NCBI GenBank assembly: GCA_041496385.1
Contig: JBGQEL010000141.1
Location: 1-10,327 of the forward strand
Origin: Candidatus Methylomirabilia bacterium
GTDB lineage: Bacteria > Methylomirabilota > Methylomirabilia > Rokubacteriales > CSP1-6
Reading direction: 5' to 3'
Length of the DNA: 10,327 nt
Positions 7,510 to 10,327 of this stretch are shown in pieces. A program made the position numbers and the translations under genes. The notes below the pieces were generated by a model. That model saw only the letters and a list, made by a program, of their open reading frames with translations. It did no database searches and was not told where the DNA came from. The first letter of the stretch is position 1; every line of letters starts with the position of its first letter.

Positions 7510-7529
7510 CCTTGAACGCCGCAGGATAT

Positions 7530-8678
7530 TCAGCGGAGTCCTTTGTTCGGATTGATCAGATACTTCCCGCCCGTGGCCTGCTTGCCATAGACGGCGATCT
7601 CCTCGATCCGCAGCGCCTCGGCGAGAGAGACTTCCTTCGTGTAGGTGCTCGCGAACGTGGTCTTGATCTCGGCCGCAACCCGCTCGCGCAGCTTCTGGGC
7701 GGCCTCGAATCCAATTCTTTGTAAGAATCCGGTGAGCAGCCAGCCGCCGATGCCCCAGGCCATGCCGAAGGCGCGGTTGAACTCGGTCGGCCCGCGGTCC
7801 AGTCCCCCGTAGACGTAGACCTGCTTGTGCGTCGTGGACCCGTAGCGGCTGTATTCCTTCGCCGTCTTGTTCGCGGCAATCTCCATGGCGGTGAGTATTT
7901 GCCCCGCCAGTCTTCCCCCGCCGATCGCATCGAAGGCCACCGTGGCACCGGTGGCGACGAGCGCCGCGGTCAGGTCGTCCATGAAGGTCGGCGAGGCCGA
8001 GTTGCACACGTGGGTGGCGCCGATCTTCTTCAAGACCTCCACGTGCTCGGGCTTGCGCACGATGTTCACCAGGGCGACGCGGTCCTTGATGCAGATCTTG
8101 TTGAGCATCTGCCCGAGATTGGAGGCGGCCGCCGTGTGCACGAGCGCCTTGTGACCCTCTATGCGCATGGTTTCGACCATCCCGAGCGCGGTGAGCGGAT
8201 TGACGAAGCAGGAGGCGCCCTCGGCCGCTGTGGTGCCCGGCGGCAACACCAGGCATTGCACGGCCTTGATGCAGCGGTACTGCGCGTACATGGCGCCACC
8301 GAGGATTGCGACCGTCTTGCCCATCAGCGCTTGCGCTGCCGGAGACGCCCCCGCCTGGACGACCACCCCGGCCCCTTCGTTGCCGACGGGCAGCGACTGC
8401 TCCAGACGCCCGGCCATCGCCTTCATCACCGCCGGTGAGATGCTCGCCGTCACCGTGGGGTTGTCCGTCGTGCCGGACGCCTTGGCCGTGCTCATGTCGG
8501 CGCCGCCGAACAGGAGTCCCTGGTCGGAGGGATTGATGGGGGAGGCGTCGATGCGTACGATCACCTCCTCGGGTTTTGGCTCAGGGGTGGGGACGCTGGC
8601 GAGCGATAGCTCGAGGATCCCCTCCTTCTTCACCGTTGAACGAAGCTGAAGTCCCGTACGCGTGCTGGCGTTTGTCAT
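7530..8678 (-). CDS. MDR superfamily NAD(P)H-dependent oxidoreductase (enoyl-thioester reductase/quinone reductase-like), 382 aa
   Basis: Motifs ASPINPSD, VGNEGAGVV, FVNPLTA, TAAASNLGQM, FDAIGGG, VYGGL, GKYLI; no canonical alcohol-dehydrogenase Zn-ligand Cys cluster. Start moved from track 8840 to ATG 8678 preceded by GGAAGG. Confidence 0.88.
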   Translation of the reverse strand: MTNASTRTGLQLRSTVKKEGILELSLASVPTPEPKPEEVIVRIDASPINPSDQGLLFGGADMSTAKASGTTDNPTVTASISPAVMKAMAGRLEQSLPVGNEGAGVVVQAGASPAAQALMGKTVAILGGAMYAQYRCIKAVQCLVLPPGTTAAEGASCFVNPLTALGMVETMRIEGHKALVHTAAASNLGQMLNKICIKDRVALVNIVRKPEHVEVLKKIGATHVCNSASPTFMDDLTAALVATGATVAFDAIGGGRLAGQILTAMEIAANKTAKEYSRYGSTTHKQVYVYGGLDRGPTEFNRAFGMAWGIGGWLLTGFLQRIGFEAAQKLRERVAAEIKTTFASTYTKEVSLAEALRIEEIAVYGKQATGGKYLINPNKGLR

Positions 8679-8800
8679 GCCTTCCAGTGTCACACAGACC
8701 GGGAGGCTTCGCTGTGAAGGGTCGTTCCCTCCGGGCGGCGGAGGAACACCTCGCGACTTCCTTGAACTCCGCGACGCGATCCGCCTCGGCCATGCGAGGT

Positions 8801-8830
8801 ATTGTAAGGGAGCAGAGACCGATACGTCCA
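8801..8830 (-). promoter_or_regulatory. Candidate sigma70-type promoter facing the MDR gene
   Basis: Minus strand TGGACG (8830-8825), 18-nt spacer, TACAAT (8806-8801). Confidence 0.45.
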
Positions 8831-8858
8831 CGGAGCACATGACCAGCGCTGAGTCGCC

Positions 8859-10049
8859 GTGACGTTCGCCCGAAGACGCATCGCCGATGCGCTCGGGCTC
8901 GAGCGCAATATCGTCGCCGTCTCCGTGGCGATGTTCCTGCTCGCTCTCGGCGAGAACCTTTGGAAGCGCTTCCTGCCGAAGTACTTGCAGATGCTCGGCG
9001 CGCCCATCACCGCCATCGGGTTCTTCGGGACGTGTGAGGACTTCCTCGACGGCGTGTATCAGTACCCGGGGGGATGGATCGCCGATCGATACGGTCGTCG
9101 CCGTGCGCTGCTGCTCTTCGTCACGCTGGCAGCACTGGGCTATGCACTGTACTGGTTGGCCCCATCATGGCCGTTCGTCTTCGCGGGCCTCGTCTTCGTC
9201 ATGGCCTGGTCGAGCATGGCCAGCCCGACGCTCTTCGCCGTGGTCGGCGACGCGCTGCCCAAGGACCGCCGGGCGCTCGGGTTCACGGTGCAATCGATTC
9301 TCAGGCGCGTGCCGATCGCCGTCGCGCCAACCCTCGGTGGTCTGGCGATCGCGGCGTACGGTCTACGGAGCGGTATCCACCTTGGGCTCGCCGTGACCGT
9401 CGTGCTCGCGGCAGTGACGCTGGGGGTCGTCAGCCGCGTCAATATCCCGGTGAGGCCAGATCCCGTTCCGACGGACATCGTGGCGGTGTGGCGGTCGCTG
9501 CCCACGCCGCTTCGCTGGCTGCTCACCTCGGACATCTTCATCCGCACCTGCGAGGGGCTGGTCGATGTCTTCCTGGTGCTCTACGCGATCAACGTGATCG
9601 GCATCAGCGCCCCGGCCTATGGGCTCCTCGTCGCCGTGCAGATGACGACGGCGATCGTGAGTTACATCCCCGTGGCCCGGTTCGCCGACCGCATGGGCCG
9701 CAAGCCGTTCGTCATCGCCACGTTCGTCGCCTTCGCGCTCTTCCCCGTCGCCGTAGTGCTGGCGCGCGACTTCGCGACGCTCGTCGCCGCCTTCGTCGTG
9801 GGCGGCCTCCGCGAGGTCGGTGAGCCGGCCCGCAAGGCGCTGATAGTGGATCTCGCAGCGCCGTCGCTCCGGGCTCGTTCCATCGGCCTCTACTACCTCA
9901 TCCGGAGCCTCACCATCGCGCCCGCCGCGTTCATCGGCGGGCTGCTCTGGGAGGTCACGCCCGTGCTCCCGTTCTGGATGGCGGGCGCGATCGGCCTCGT
10001 CGGCGTGATCGTGTTCGCGGCGACGGTCGAGGAGCGCCATGCGGGATGA
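8859..10049 (+). CDS. Major facilitator superfamily transporter
   Basis: 396 aa with many hydrophobic segments; MFS motif A in both halves (GGWIADRYGRRRALL; ARFADRMGRKPF). Confidence 0.93.
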   Translation: MTFARRRIADALGLERNIVAVSVAMFLLALGENLWKRFLPKYLQMLGAPITAIGFFGTCEDFLDGVYQYPGGWIADRYGRRRALLLFVTLAALGYALYWLAPSWPFVFAGLVFVMAWSSMASPTLFAVVGDALPKDRRALGFTVQSILRRVPIAVAPTLGGLAIAAYGLRSGIHLGLAVTVVLAAVTLGVVSRVNIPVRPDPVPTDIVAVWRSLPTPLRWLLTSDIFIRTCEGLVDVFLVLYAINVIGISAPAYGLLVAVQMTTAIVSYIPVARFADRMGRKPFVIATFVAFALFPVAVVLARDFATLVAAFVVGGLREVGEPARKALIVDLAAPSLRARSIGLYYLIRSLTIAPAAFIGGLLWEVTPVLPFWMAGAIGLVGVIVFAATVEERHAG

Positions 10050-10258
10050 CCGCACCGTCATTGATCCCCTTTCAAAGGGCTGTTGTGTTGACGAAAGCGG
10101 CTCCTCGGAAGGCCGAGGTGAAAAAGCCGGTAGCGAGGAAGGCGCCCGAACAGCGTATGGCGTCGCGGCAAAGCACGCCCCAAAAGTCGTCAGCGACGTA
10201 TACTCCGGCGCCGCTCCAGACCAACGGCCGGATGCCGTTCAGATACCCGCTCCAATAA
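10046..10258 (+). CDS. Small basic Lys/Ala/Pro-rich hypothetical protein
   Basis: 70-aa ORF with ATGA overlap on the MFS stop; low-complexity KAAPRKAEVKKPVARKAP core; codon usage less GC-skewed than neighbours, so reality and start are uncertain. Confidence 0.35.
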   Translation: MTAPSLIPFQRAVVLTKAAPRKAEVKKPVARKAPEQRMASRQSTPQKSSATYTPAPLQTNGRMPFRYPLQ

Positions 10259-10271
10259 CTGAGGCTCAGGC

Positions 10272-10327
10272 TCAAGGTCCATCATCGCGCGCCACCCGCT
10301 CGACGTGCGCCCTCGAGACGAACATCA
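10272..10327 (-). CDS. Probable 3' end of a gene entering from the right edge
   Basis: Minus frame reads ...MFVSRAHVERVARDDGP* (TGA at 10274-10272) with a run of G/C-ending codons; too short to assign. Confidence 0.4.
   Translation of the reverse strand, partial: MFVSRAHVERVARDDGP

Noticed and set aside
7483..8256. 355-aa ORF as a large DUF1778 fusion
   Set aside because: The upstream part is an alternate frame of the MDR gene; a strong SD marks the start at 7482.
8679..8692. ACACTGGAAGGC resembling part of a cobalamin riboswitch
   Set aside because: Other conserved elements absent; it coincides with the MDR RBS.
10259..10275. CTGAG-G-CTCAG palindrome and AGGCTC duplication between convergent stops
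   Set aside because: Too short, no U-tract; plausible by chance.
1..10327. CRISPR array, tRNA/rRNA, IS element or integrase
   Set aside because: No regularly spaced repeats, RNA-gene signatures or recombinase ORFs seen; intergenic gaps are short.

Overview
GC-rich bacterial window. Left part (1-7142): a minus-strand simple-sugar/nucleoside-type ABC importer (dual-domain ATPase plus two permeases, the second running off the left edge) is transcribed divergently, across only ~90-100 bp, from a translationally coupled four-gene operon: carbamate kinase, a DUF1116 (YlbE/AllG/YahG-like) protein, an FdrA (AllF/YahF-like) protein, and a 56-aa ORF missing from the ORF track. The 56-aa ORF resembles the module fused to the C-terminus of E. 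coli FdrA or the N-terminus of YahG. This looks like a reordered, split oxamate-carbamoyltransferase-like / carbamate kinase module for ATP-yielding catabolism of a ureide or N-heterocycle, with no DUF2877 (AllH) subunit in the window. Right part: a DUF1778 antitoxin-like gene followed by only a 6-codon stub where its GNAT toxin would be, an MDR-family oxidoreductase, a hairpin-rich divergent intergenic region, an MFS transporter, a small basic ORF and the probable 3' end of another gene. Family calls come from motif recognition and recall, not database searches.
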